A stretch of DNA of 64,000 nt, taken from assembly GCA_000004985.1 (NCBI GenBank), contig GG738893.1. One strand, given 5' to 3'. The first letter of the stretch is position 1; the number at the start of each line of letters is the position of its first letter. Of the stretch, positions 32,752 to 44,245 are shown piece after piece. The translations under genes were made by a program, and so were the position numbers. The DNA comes from Naegleria gruberi. Its lineage: Eukaryota. The notes under the pieces were generated by a model. It made no database searches, was not told where the DNA came from, and saw only the letters and a program-made list of their open reading frames with translations.

Positions 32752-34465
32752 ATGGCAACTAAAAAACAATCATCCTCCTCATCACCATTAAAAAATGTTT
32801 CGGCGCCAAAAGCATCCGTTAAAGATATTCTTCAATATTTTGATATGAAATTCGATTCCTTTATGGAATATCCACCAGCTAGACAGTGTTTCTTTACCTT
32901 TTTGGAATCGACACAAAATAGTGGTATGTTTTTTTTTTAAATTTTAATAATTATTAATATTTAACATTTAAAAATTTATTTAATTTACAAAAAATGTTAA
33001 AAAAATAATAGAAATAAGTTTATTTCTAGAACAAGTTGAATTCTTCAAATCCATCAATGAACTACCAAATAGTAGTCGACGTAATAGATCGTTTGATGTT
33101 GATGAATTTTCGGATCAATTTCTTGGAGCTGCTGGAGCTACATTATGCGAATCTGCTTTATTGAAAGCTTGTGAAATTGCTGATAATTTCATTCATGATC
33201 AAGCTCCAAATGAATTGAATTTGAAATCTGATACGAAAAAGAAAATTCTGGACAAGATTGAAAAGAATAGAACGTACTATGGATTGGAATCCAAAAATGA
33301 GTATAATTGGAGTGGGAACTCTGGGAAAGGGAAACATATTTCTATAGTCCCATTCTTGGATTCGACAATATTTGATGATTTGGAGAGTCATATTTTATTG
33401 TCGTTGAAATCGAATCAGTTTGCTCCATTTTTAGAGAGTGAGATTTTCAAAGAATTTATTGAAAATCAGAAAATTGAAACCTTGTTCATGTTGGCAACAC
33501 CAAGAAAGGCAGCTTCACCTTCCTCTGCTATTCAGGCAACATCAGATAACATTGATTTTTTATTCATGTTAAATAATGCAAGTTCCACATCACGATCAAA
33601 CTCTTCAACTTCTACAGATAGTAGAGATGGAAGTTTAGCAAAGAGTTTTGTAAACTCTGAAACATTATCTGTGGGAGAGGTGAAATATCTCAAATCTGCA
33701 CTATTGGAATATGATCAGAATTTGAAGTGGACTCTTCTGACCTATTCGAAAGAGCAGGAAATTTATGTAATGATTGGTGATCACTCGTGTGAACAAAATT
33801 TTGGAAGAAAAGATTTAATGTTCTATAAGAGTGTAACACATTATCAATATTCAAGTGAGAAAGTGTTTAATGCCCTCATCAATTTTGAATTCAGAAAGAA
33901 TTATACTAATGAGCCATTAGTAGAAGGGGATTTTGTAAAATATCATCCAAAACCAAGTAATCAATTGGGTATTTTGGATTCCGAGTTATTGGAAACTGCT
34001 GTTATTTCAGAATCCTATGAAATGAAATGGCCAATCAGGAATAGAGAATTTATTTTGAGTTGTGCAGCTACAAAAAGCTTCACACCAGAAAATCCAAAAT
34101 TGGAAACTTTTTATCTATTCAAAAAATCAACTCAAAATGATGTGAATGAAACCATTCGATCAAAATTGAAAAATGTACGCGGTTGCTGCATATCAGCTCT
34201 CAAAGTTGAGCCAACTTCCCCAACCAGCTGTAAAGCCACCCAAGTTTTATTTCTGGACATGAAAGGACTCTTGACACAAAATTGGGGTCAGAAAATACTG
34301 ACCTTTAAGGGTGGATCTAAAAAGAAGGGAAGTAAAACCACACTCCAATCCACTCCTCAACAACAATTAGCTCAGTGGATTGAGAAGGATTCTCGTCTCT
34401 CACTGAATTCACCACTATCTGATGCAATTTTGAGAACACTTGCTGAAAATCAAAATATTATTTAA
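32752..34465 (+). CDS. RGS-domain protein fused to a C-terminal START/Bet v1-like lipid-binding domain; join(32752..32923,33030..34465)
   Basis: Exon 1 ends '...FFTFLESTQNS' at donor G|GTATGT. A 106-nt intron follows. Exon 2 continues 'EQVEFFKSINELPN...ALLKACEIADNFIHDQAPNE', an RGS-like pattern (F..FL.SE.S.EN..F). The C-terminal region 'KWPIRNREFILSCAA...LFLDMKGLLTQNWGQKIL' is START-like. The frame matches ORF 33161..34465. Confidence 0.7.
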
Positions 34466-34987
34466 ATTGCTATGCACATTTTAAAGAAGAATCAATAAAC
34501 CAGAAAGTTTATTTTCAAATATTAAAATTCATCTTGAAAGTTGTGGTGTGTTTGGGTTTTAAAAAGTTCAAATTGTTTGCGAATTAAAAAAGATATTAGA
34601 CAGGAATCGCTTTTGGTCTTTGTTAGTAAGATTTTGGTTTGGATTGCGGTGTAATTCCTTGAATATATGTTGTGTATCTGCGTTCCTTTAGTCTGGAAGT
34701 TCTCTAAAATTATATTTTATTGTGGTTTATTTTTATAATAGTCCAACAAGTTCATCTGGTAAATAAAAAACAAATCTAATTCAGGAATAGGGTGATATAA
34801 TACCAGAATTGCTTGCTTACTTTCCATTAAGATTTCAATTTATTCTTCATTATAGTGACGAAAAACTGTTAAACACGAAAACGTTCAAATCAATAAAAGA
34901 TTGTCTCTCATTGTGGTAAAAACATTGAGCAATCCAAAATTAAGTGAATGGCTGTTGAATGGATGTGGAAGGAATATCTGAAATAGT

Positions 34988-37939
34988 TTACTCTTCTTCA
35001 CTGCTAGCTTCAGAATCACAATCATGGTCAGTATTGTCGGTTCCTTCGTTTTCGATCATTGACTGGTCGACACAAGCTCTGCAGTGACCACAACCACCAC
35101 AAATTGGAAGATATGGATTCCTCCTTCCTCTTCCACCATAACTTTCATAGGTATCAACATAGGAACCACTGGCAGCAAGGTCTGAAAGCTCTGAAGTTTG
35201 GTTGGCTTGATCTTCAAGCAATCGTTGTTCCAGTTGGAAAAGCTTCTCCAAGAATTGATTAAAATTGTCTGGGAATGAATGGGAAACTGATTCCATAAAC
35301 TTGTGAATTGCTCTCACACAGGTAAAGAATTTTCTCTCAAACAAATTAAAAGGGTCATCGTTCGCGCTGGTCATTGTCGATATTTCATTAGAGGAGAGCA
35401 GATACATATTCTTTTCTCCAGTCTTGATACATTTAAAAAAGTTTTCCACATCACAATATGGAACTAGCTCATTTCCCTGTTGAAAGAGAATGAGTAGTTT
35501 ACCTGGAAAGCAAGATAATTTGTTGTAGACATCAAAGTGGTGAGTGATGCAATTCTTAACTTCCTTTAAATTGTAATACCTTTCATCTCCAACCTTACAA
35601 ACTATTGTTGTTTTAGGGCGAGCATTCTGTTGTTTGGTACTCATAATCTTCTTATTCTTTGGATATGGCATTCGATAATATTTTTCCACTCCAAAGTTGT
35701 ATTTGGTAAACTCGAATCTAATGGTTTCATCCTCAGGTCTTACAATACCTTGTTCAGCTCCCTGAGAAGAAATATACGATAGGACATTCTCAGGTAAATT
35801 TCCTAAAACTACCTTGAGAACATCAAAACAAGGTGATTCCAAGCAAAGTCCACTCACTGTTGGAAAATTTGAAACAAAATGGATAGCACAAGTACTTCCC
35901 AGAAATCCCTTTCCATACACTACCACTTGAGACATTGGTATTTTGAGTCGTGTCGTGAATAAATGATGAACCAACTTGTAGTCAGTCTCTAGAAATCTAT
36001 GCAAGGAAGTTCTTTCATCCTCACCTTTGGCGCACGTGCTATATCCAAAACCTCTATATTCGAAAATAAATATCTGCAAACCCATCGAAATAATAAAATC
36101 TTTGAACTTCCTTAGTGAAGGTTGGAAGAAATACTCAAAAGCTTCCTCACATCCGTCATGGAATAATAGTAAGGTCTTTTTGGAGGTTGTAGAACTGGAA
36201 TCATCTTGTTTTGTGGAGGTACTTGGCTGCTCGTTTTGGCCAACCATCTCAAAATAACATGAAAGAGTAGCTCCATCCTCACAAACAATATCCACTGTTG
36301 GCACATTTGGAACTGAATTTGATTGAGTCTCGGTTTTTCGTCTACGCCATTTGAATTCCTTTACAAACTTTTCATCGAAAAGAAATGGGTTTTGCTCCTC
36401 CTTCTTTGGAGAGGAAGTTCCAACTGTGGAAACAGCAGGGCTTTCTTCTATCAGTTGAGGTAGGACATATGGATTTGTCAAAAATTCCCTTGGCCCAAGA
36501 ACTTCATAATTAAAAGCCTTACAGAAAATTGGTTGTTCCAATATTTTACAATATCGTTTGAAAACTTGATTCTTAAAAACTTGTAAATCATTGAATAAAA
36601 GATCATTTTCAAAAGGAGCTTGTTCTTTTTGTTGTCCTTTTTTCGTAGAGTTACTAGAGGTAGGATGTTGATCGCCAGAAGTTGATAGACTTGTCATGAA
36701 CGTCATCTTTTTCAAGTAAGTTTTGTTTCTTGTTTTTACAGTAGTTTCCACATTTTTAATTCCAGTTTCTTGTCGTTTCTTCTTTGGTTTCTTCTTTTCA
36801 TCCTCAACATTAGCAAACAAATCCATTGAAACTTTTCCTGACAAGAGAGCAGATGGTGTTAATGTCTGCATTGGAGTATTTTTAAAGACAGTATTTTGAG
36901 TGAGAACCTTTTCCTTTTCATTATTATTATCAGTGAATGCGTTAATATCTACAGGTTTCACTGAATTTTTCTTTTTTTGAGCTAATTTCCTCGAAATGAT
37001 ATTATCCATAGAAGGTTCCTCTTCCTGTCTCGACTTTGGGAATATATCCATTATTGCTCTTGTATTATTTCCATTATTATTATTATGAATTTGTTGCTGC
37101 TGCTGATGATTATGATTAATATTTGAGGCTCCAACAGCAAGATTATTCAAATTTCCTCCACTCGTATTATTCGAAGAAAGATCCACTGATGGAGTAGATT
37201 CCACACTCTTCACCGATAACCCATCAAGATCCAACTCTTGATGATTTATACAATTTGTTCCAGCTGGAACATTACCACCATTCATATTGCCACTACCTCC
37301 ATTACTTCTCGAACCTGATACACCATGTTGATTATTTTTTTCAGAAAGTTGTAAATGATTTTGGCGGGAAAGATTTGGCGTCAAGTTTGATAAAAGTCTC
37401 TTAAAAAAAGAAGCAGCACCACCCTGTGTAGGAGAATGAATCGTAGTATTTGCTGTTGTATTGATGTTGTTCATGGTGTTGGTGAAGGTTGGTGAAGGAA
37501 GTGGTGAGGATGATACTAATAATGGTTGGTGTTGTTGGTTTTGATCGTGCGATGATGAAACATGTTGTTCATCATCACCGCTAGCAATGAAATGATTGTT
37601 GGTTGATGAAAATTCGATATTTTGTGATTGTGATGGTGGAACATGTTGGTGATGATTGTTGTGACTTGGTGATAAATCATTGTTTAGAAAGGGTTTAGGA
37701 TTGTGTTTAATTGGAGAGGTAGATGCATCATTTGGTTGTTGCATATTTTCTAATGTATTCGAATAATTGTTTAAATTATTGGAATGTGCAATAGTATCGG
37801 TTGGACTATTATTTGGATTGTTATTATGCTGTTCCGAAGAAATCATGTTGTATGTTTGGGTGGACAGCAATTGTTGGCAGAGTCGCTTATCATGGATTTT
37901 TTTTGATTTATGACAGAAAAAGCATTTAACGTTGGGCAT
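34988..37939 (-). CDS. Large low-complexity protein with a C-terminal alpha/beta-hydrolase-like domain (ABHD/FAM108-like, nucleophile motif altered) and a terminal Cys cluster
   Basis: 983-aa ORF. The N-terminal half is N/Q/S-rich. The domain reads 'LLLFHDGCEEAFEYF...FIFEYRGFGYS...VVVYGKGFLGSTCAIHF'. The C-terminal cluster is 'CGGCGHCRACVD'. Confidence 0.55.
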   Translation of the reverse strand: MPNVKCFFCHKSKKIHDKRLCQQLLSTQTYNMISSEQHNNNPNNSPTDTIAHSNNLNNYSNTLENMQQPNDASTSPIKHNPKPFLNNDLSPSHNNHHQHVPPSQSQNIEFSSTNNHFIASGDDEQHVSSSHDQNQQHQPLLVSSSPLPSPTFTNTMNNINTTANTTIHSPTQGGAASFFKRLLSNLTPNLSRQNHLQLSEKNNQHGVSGSRSNGGSGNMNGGNVPAGTNCINHQELDLDGLSVKSVESTPSVDLSSNNTSGGNLNNLAVGASNINHNHQQQQQIHNNNNGNNTRAIMDIFPKSRQEEEPSMDNIISRKLAQKKKNSVKPVDINAFTDNNNEKEKVLTQNTVFKNTPMQTLTPSALLSGKVSMDLFANVEDEKKKPKKKRQETGIKNVETTVKTRNKTYLKKMTFMTSLSTSGDQHPTSSNSTKKGQQKEQAPFENDLLFNDLQVFKNQVFKRYCKILEQPIFCKAFNYEVLGPREFLTNPYVLPQLIEESPAVSTVGTSSPKKEEQNPFLFDEKFVKEFKWRRRKTETQSNSVPNVPTVDIVCEDGATLSCYFEMVGQNEQPSTSTKQDDSSSTTSKKTLLLFHDGCEEAFEYFFQPSLRKFKDFIISMGLQIFIFEYRGFGYSTCAKGEDERTSLHRFLETDYKLVHHLFTTRLKIPMSQVVVYGKGFLGSTCAIHFVSNFPTVSGLCLESPCFDVLKVVLGNLPENVLSYISSQGAEQGIVRPEDETIRFEFTKYNFGVEKYYRMPYPKNKKIMSTKQQNARPKTTIVCKVGDERYYNLKEVKNCITHHFDVYNKLSCFPGKLLILFQQGNELVPYCDVENFFKCIKTGEKNMYLLSSNEISTMTSANDDPFNLFERKFFTCVRAIHKFMESVSHSFPDNFNQFLEKLFQLEQRLLEDQANQTSELSDLAASGSYVDTYESYGGRGRRNPYLPICGGCGHCRACVDQSMIENEGTDNTDHDCDSEASSEEE

Positions 37940-38096
37940 CTAAATGTCAAAAAACAAGTTAATAACACAAGATTAATAACAAAGTTTCTAAATATTGAAC
38001 TTGGCTTTAGAACTTGATTCCTTCTCTTATTGAGGATGGAATTGGAAAATTGTAAAAGAAGCACTGTGAAAACAGTAAAACCCATTTTGATGAACT

Positions 38097-39762
38097 ATGC
38101 AAAAAAAAATGCTCAAACACTTTGGTTTTCAGTCACTGATTATGATTTGGCTGTTTTTGAGTGCAATTCAATCAGCCAACACGCTGAGAATCCAAAAAGG
38201 TGAAAAAAGAGAGATGAATTATTCTACAAACGCTACAACCATCGGAACAAATTTCAAGGGTTGTACCAATTTTTCTGCATTTTTTACTGATCCCCAAGTA
38301 TTTCTAGAACAAGTGGTTAGAAACGCTCCAATGGGACCAATGAAATGCAAAAATATTGAAATGTGGAAGAGATTCAAAGTACCCGATCCATATCAAGGAG
38401 CCATGTTTTTTGCTTATGAACAATATACATTTGGCGTGACAGAATCGTTTGATCTTTGTGAAAGCATTCAAATTTGGGAAGAAAAATTACAAACTACTTG
38501 TATTGAACTTTTATTCAATTCTTTAGAAAATGATTTATCCTCGAAAATTCAATTTATTACTCAAAACCAAACAACTGTTTATGATTGGATTAATTATTGT
38601 AATTATTGTAGAAAGGACATTCAATTTTCAAAACAAAATTATTGGAATATTCGAGATGACAATGTGAGAGAAATAATTGAATACTTCCCTAACCAAATAA
38701 GTTTTTGCGGATTTGGAGAAGCTGGTATTCCATTTGTTGTAGGAATGAATCAAATCAAATTACAAGAAACTGGTTATTCATTTATTTGTTTTTGCCCCTA
38801 CCAAAACTATTATGGTTTTAAATGTTTTGGTAATTCCAGAAATTTGACATATGCTATAATTCTTGAGTCTCTATTTACAAGTATATTTGCAATATCGTTT
38901 CTTATAACCTGTTTAACAATACTCTTACCAAGAGCGAAGACATCATTCATTCAAAAACAATATTACAATATTTTAGTACCAATGCTACTGTGCCTCTCGC
39001 AGATTTGTGGAGTTTTGACTCAGATTGCCTCACTTTTTGGGACAGATCTTGCTGTGTCAATTTGTAGTAATTTAACTGTAATATTCTTGGGTATCGCCTT
39101 AGTGTCTTGGGAAATGCACTGGATTAGATTGATTTATTTTGTAATGCAGAAAAAGAGACTTTTTTCATTCATTTCCTATCTGGTTCCTCTAATTTTATTT
39201 ATTTCAACAATTTTGGCAATGTTGACCTGTATTTTCTCTGTTGGGTCGGTTGGAGTAGAGTATTCTTTGCGTATGGCAGATAATCTATCCTATCTATTAT
39301 TGACTTTGGGATGTTTGATTACCGTAGTATTTACTGTTTGCTCGATAGTTATTTATGTTCTTCTGAAAAAAGTGTCAGAAGTGAGCTTGATTAATTCACC
39401 TGTAAGTTTTCACTTGTTATAACGATATTTAACGATCATAGTTCCTTAAATTCTCTATAATTGCATCCATTGCATTATTCTTGGACTCGATTGGAATCAT
39501 AAGTATCTCTGTGACTCAATCCTATATCACATCAGTAGGTGTGACATTTACTGTTGTTCATGCTGCATTTCTGGGTACTATTTCATTGGGATTGACATTT
39601 GTTGAGTTCGACAAAAAGGAATTCTTCGAGTTGTATTCATGTTTGAAACCTGTCAGCAACAATACAGACCCAAAAACTGAACCCTTACTTTCTTCGAGTG
39701 ATTATTCTTCGATAGAGGATTCAAATACAAGCGTGCAAAACAGTATTAATAGTAATAAATAA
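38097..39762 (+). CDS. 7TM receptor-like membrane protein with a Cys-containing extracellular N-domain; join(38097..39401,39442..39762)
   Basis: It has a signal peptide 'LIMIWLFLSAIQSANT' and a roughly 240-aa N-domain. About 7 hydrophobic helices follow (e.g. 'YAIILESLFTSIFAISFLITCLTILL', 'ILVPMLLCLSQICGVLTQIA'). A 40-nt intron (GTAAGT...CATAG) is in phase with ORF 39481..39762. Confidence 0.65.
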
Positions 39763-39830
39763 AGTAAGTTGTTGCGAATATTATGAACTCGTTTTTATAT
39801 GTTTCTAAATTGTGAAACAAGCAGATAAGC

Positions 39831-41762
39831 TTATTCTCCTTCATTGAAGGCATTTAGTTTTGCTGAAAAGACCTTGTGATCCAAATTTTCGATACCATCT
39901 TCTTGGTTTTCCTCTTGTTGACCAATATTACAAATTTCTTTAAGGAGAGCATCGTCCTTATTCAAACTGTAGAACAATCCACGGTCGAACTTTTGGTTTT
40001 CAGTGATGAGTCTGGTGGCCAATTTATCAATGGCAACAGTAGCCAAAACAGTTTGAATGAAGGCATCAATAAGGTTATCAACACCAAGTCCGAGTTTTGA
40101 AAAGTCCTTTCTGTCACAAATTATTAATCTCTTTTGATCAGTTGACCACTGTCCATTCACCTTATAAGACAAATTGGTACCCAAAATATCCCATGAATTC
40201 TTACCCTCAATATCATCGGTAAGTGGTGACTTTGCCCTACGAGCATAGAGAGCTATTGGAGAAAATCCTCCTCTTGTGAAGTCATAATGGATCATCATTC
40301 TCAAATCAGCAACATAAATTTGACGTTTGCTGTCTGGAACAGTACCAACGTGGTAAAGAGCTCCGTGTTGTGTTAGAGAAGACCATTTGCTATTACCAAT
40401 CAGAGATTGAACAATATATTGATCATAGTGACTTTGTTGTTCCATAAATTCGTCCAATTCCTTTTGACTTGTAATTGTAAAGACTCCTTGTCCCTGTTAT
40501 ATATTGAAATAATGTGAAATTTAGAATATCATTCCATTGAGTTTCAACTTACAGCATTAGAGTAAGGATTCTTAACAACTGCAAATCCACCAAAACTTTC
40601 AACCCAGATAGGGACAATCTTCTTCTCCACATCTCTGATTGTTCTTGGTGTGTTGAGCTTGATTCCGTGTCCGTTGTATTGACTGTTAAGGAAATCATAA
40701 GCCTTGGCAGCTATTCATTGTTAATATTTGAACTCAAATGTGAAAAAAACTTACCAAGTAGTTTGTTTCTACCACCTGCCAAACAGCAAACAACTGGATT
40801 CAAAATTAAGGTACGAACCTTAGAGATTGGCATTCTATCCCAAGGTGATTGTGTAACATATCTGAAACATCCTCTAATATTAATCCAATTATTTTCTTCG
40901 TCACGAATTTGCATTACTTGACCATTTTCAACAAATCTGACTGGTGGATCTGGATCTTTGGCATGATATTCAACAAGGTATACATTTTCTCCAAATATGT
41001 CACTCAAGACACCAGCATATCCCGAAGTTTCCATCTTGTTTTTATCATAGACTACTGCAAGTTTACCATTTGGTACTCTATTTTCTCCCAATGATTTTTC
41101 GTGTTCTTCAAGCATTGGTTTGAAAGTCTTTTCAATAAGGGTTCTATAACCACCATGATGATCATGGAAAGGCATTGATTTTTGACCGGAAGGGCAAGAG
41201 TTTGTTTCGATCAAAACCATTTTTCTAACACCTTGTGAGTTGGTCACATTGAAAAGATCAGCTCCGGACCAAGTAAAGAATTGTGGCTTGTAATTTAACA
41301 ATTCGATAAGTTGCTTCTCATCAACTTGAGGATTCAAGTGAACATATCTCTTCAAAATACGAGAATTTCCTATTTTCAATTAATTAAATATTTTACAATC
41401 GTGTTGTGATGATCATCACAAATAGGAACACAATGATCAATAAATGTGGAATTTGAATAATAATACAAACCTAAAGACATAAAATCACTAACAATTTCAC
41501 TAAGTTGAGCATTGATTGTCTTTGGATAAAAGTGACTATCATGTTCGAAGGAATCTTTGGTGACTACAACAACTGTATTCTCACTGGAAAAGGCCTTTGA
41601 TGGTGCTTCTCCTTCTCCTGCAACTGTGGTTGTTACAATATTAGCAGATGGCATTCTTTTTTGTTGTTGAAATAAAGTACAGCTTTTGGTGGTGGGTTGA
41701 GTTTGATTTGATAGGGAACGAATGTGACGACTTTTTGAAATATAGACTATCTTATCAAGCAA
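39831..41762 (-). CDS. ATP-grasp-like protein (TTL-like 'GQGVF...YIVQSLI' block plus 'LIETNSCPSG' ExNxxP(S/G) motif in atypical order); join(41762..41397,41349..40755,40710..40553,40493..39831)
   Basis: Three GT...AG introns of 47, 44 and 59 nt join the provided ORFs in frame. Phases were checked arithmetically against ORFs 41376..41762, 40711..41379 and 39831..40457. Family assignment is unresolved. Confidence 0.55.
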
Positions 41763-42516
41763 GGCTTATCTATTTGATCAGGTAACAAAATATTCGAAAA
41801 TACAAAATTGATTACTACTCCTACAGTGTTTGTAAATTGAACTGAATCGAAGGCTTTTCTTCTCTGAATCAAGAGTATGGGCGGGGTAGTGAAAGAGGTT
41901 TCAAGGCTTTTTTTGCTGAATTGATGATAATGTTATTTGGCCTCAAAATAGACAAGAACAATTTTACCAAAGAGGTCACCACCAAAGTTTTTCAACAATT
42001 GATGTCTTCTTTGAGAGTAGTGCTATTGTAACAATGTATGATGATGATTTGATTTGCTTTGTTTTTGGTTCACTCAATGTAGAACACTCTTATGAGAGAT
42101 ATCAAGTAGGTACCTTAAATAAATTCATTTCTCTAGAGCTCTTATTGAAATGGTGTAGTTTCAAAAATTGCGTAATAAGTGAATGTGTGGATAATTGGAA
42201 GAAGTATTTCTAAACTTGTACTGTTGTGTGGGAAGTTATCTGGGTAATGATATTTCAAGTGAATTATTGAATCGAATAAGAAGTATTTCGCAGCTTTGAT
42301 TGTAAATTGGATAACAGAATTGAGATTCGTAATGAGAAACTTTACAAAAATATTAATTCCAATTCCTGTTGATCAAAAATCATTTTTTAATAGAACGTTC
42401 TAATAGTTACAGATTTGCGAGAACGAACGCAAATTGAAAATAATTAAGAAGGGAATGAAATACAATACAGATCGAAAAGGTCACACTTAAAGTATTACTA
42501 AAATAAGTTAACTAAA

Positions 42517-43538
<1,022 letters not shown>

Positions 43539-44245
43539 TTTTTTAATGGTCTTGATTCTAATTTGTTGCCTTCTGAGAAGAAGCTAATACAATTGGAAAA
43601 TATTCTCTTCCTATTGGTTTTGATGACGAGTTAGTTGATTTGATTGGACGGATCCGGTTCTGCCTGAGAATAAGAAACACAATATAACTTTGAACAATAG
43701 ATTTAATAATATATCAAGAGGATTGTTTTCTTCTTCTTCGTATTGGTGTCAATTTGAGACGTTGAGTAAAACAACAACGGACAAAGATCTCAGCTAACAA
43801 GGAAAAAAATCTAATCTCCTTTTGTGTGGTTCGGATTTTGTGCCTCTTGAGAGTACTGGAGAAGAAGTTTTTATACAGAGAATAAAACATTGATGTGATA
43901 AGGAGGATTCGAATAAGTAAGGTAGTGAGTATTGAGATGGTGAAGCATGATGGAGGAAGTAAAGTTGACTTCCTTAGTAAGGACTAGAATTGGGTTGAAT
44001 TGGTTCTGGTTTGATTTCTTGATTAGAAACTTACCTATAGAAAGGTTTCAACAAATATAATGATTTTACTTTGTCAATTAAAAGTACATCAATTTCATGA
44101 CCTAATTGGTGGAATCATTTACAACATTTCGATGAATGAGTTGGCTTAACCTCCATTGTGTTGAACTGATTCCCCATTAATACATTCCATCAAAATATCC
44201 TACAAACGCATATGTAGTGAAGTTTCAGAGTTCAATTATTTGAAG

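Noticed and set aside
40082-40190. Candidate 94-nt intron inside the GH92 gene (CCA|GTGGCT...GATAAGAG|TC) that would join ORF C to ORF B in frame
   Set aside because: It would delete the conserved GH92 block 'GIHRYTFNDQSKESFIILDISH', so the frame break is more likely a single-nucleotide indel.
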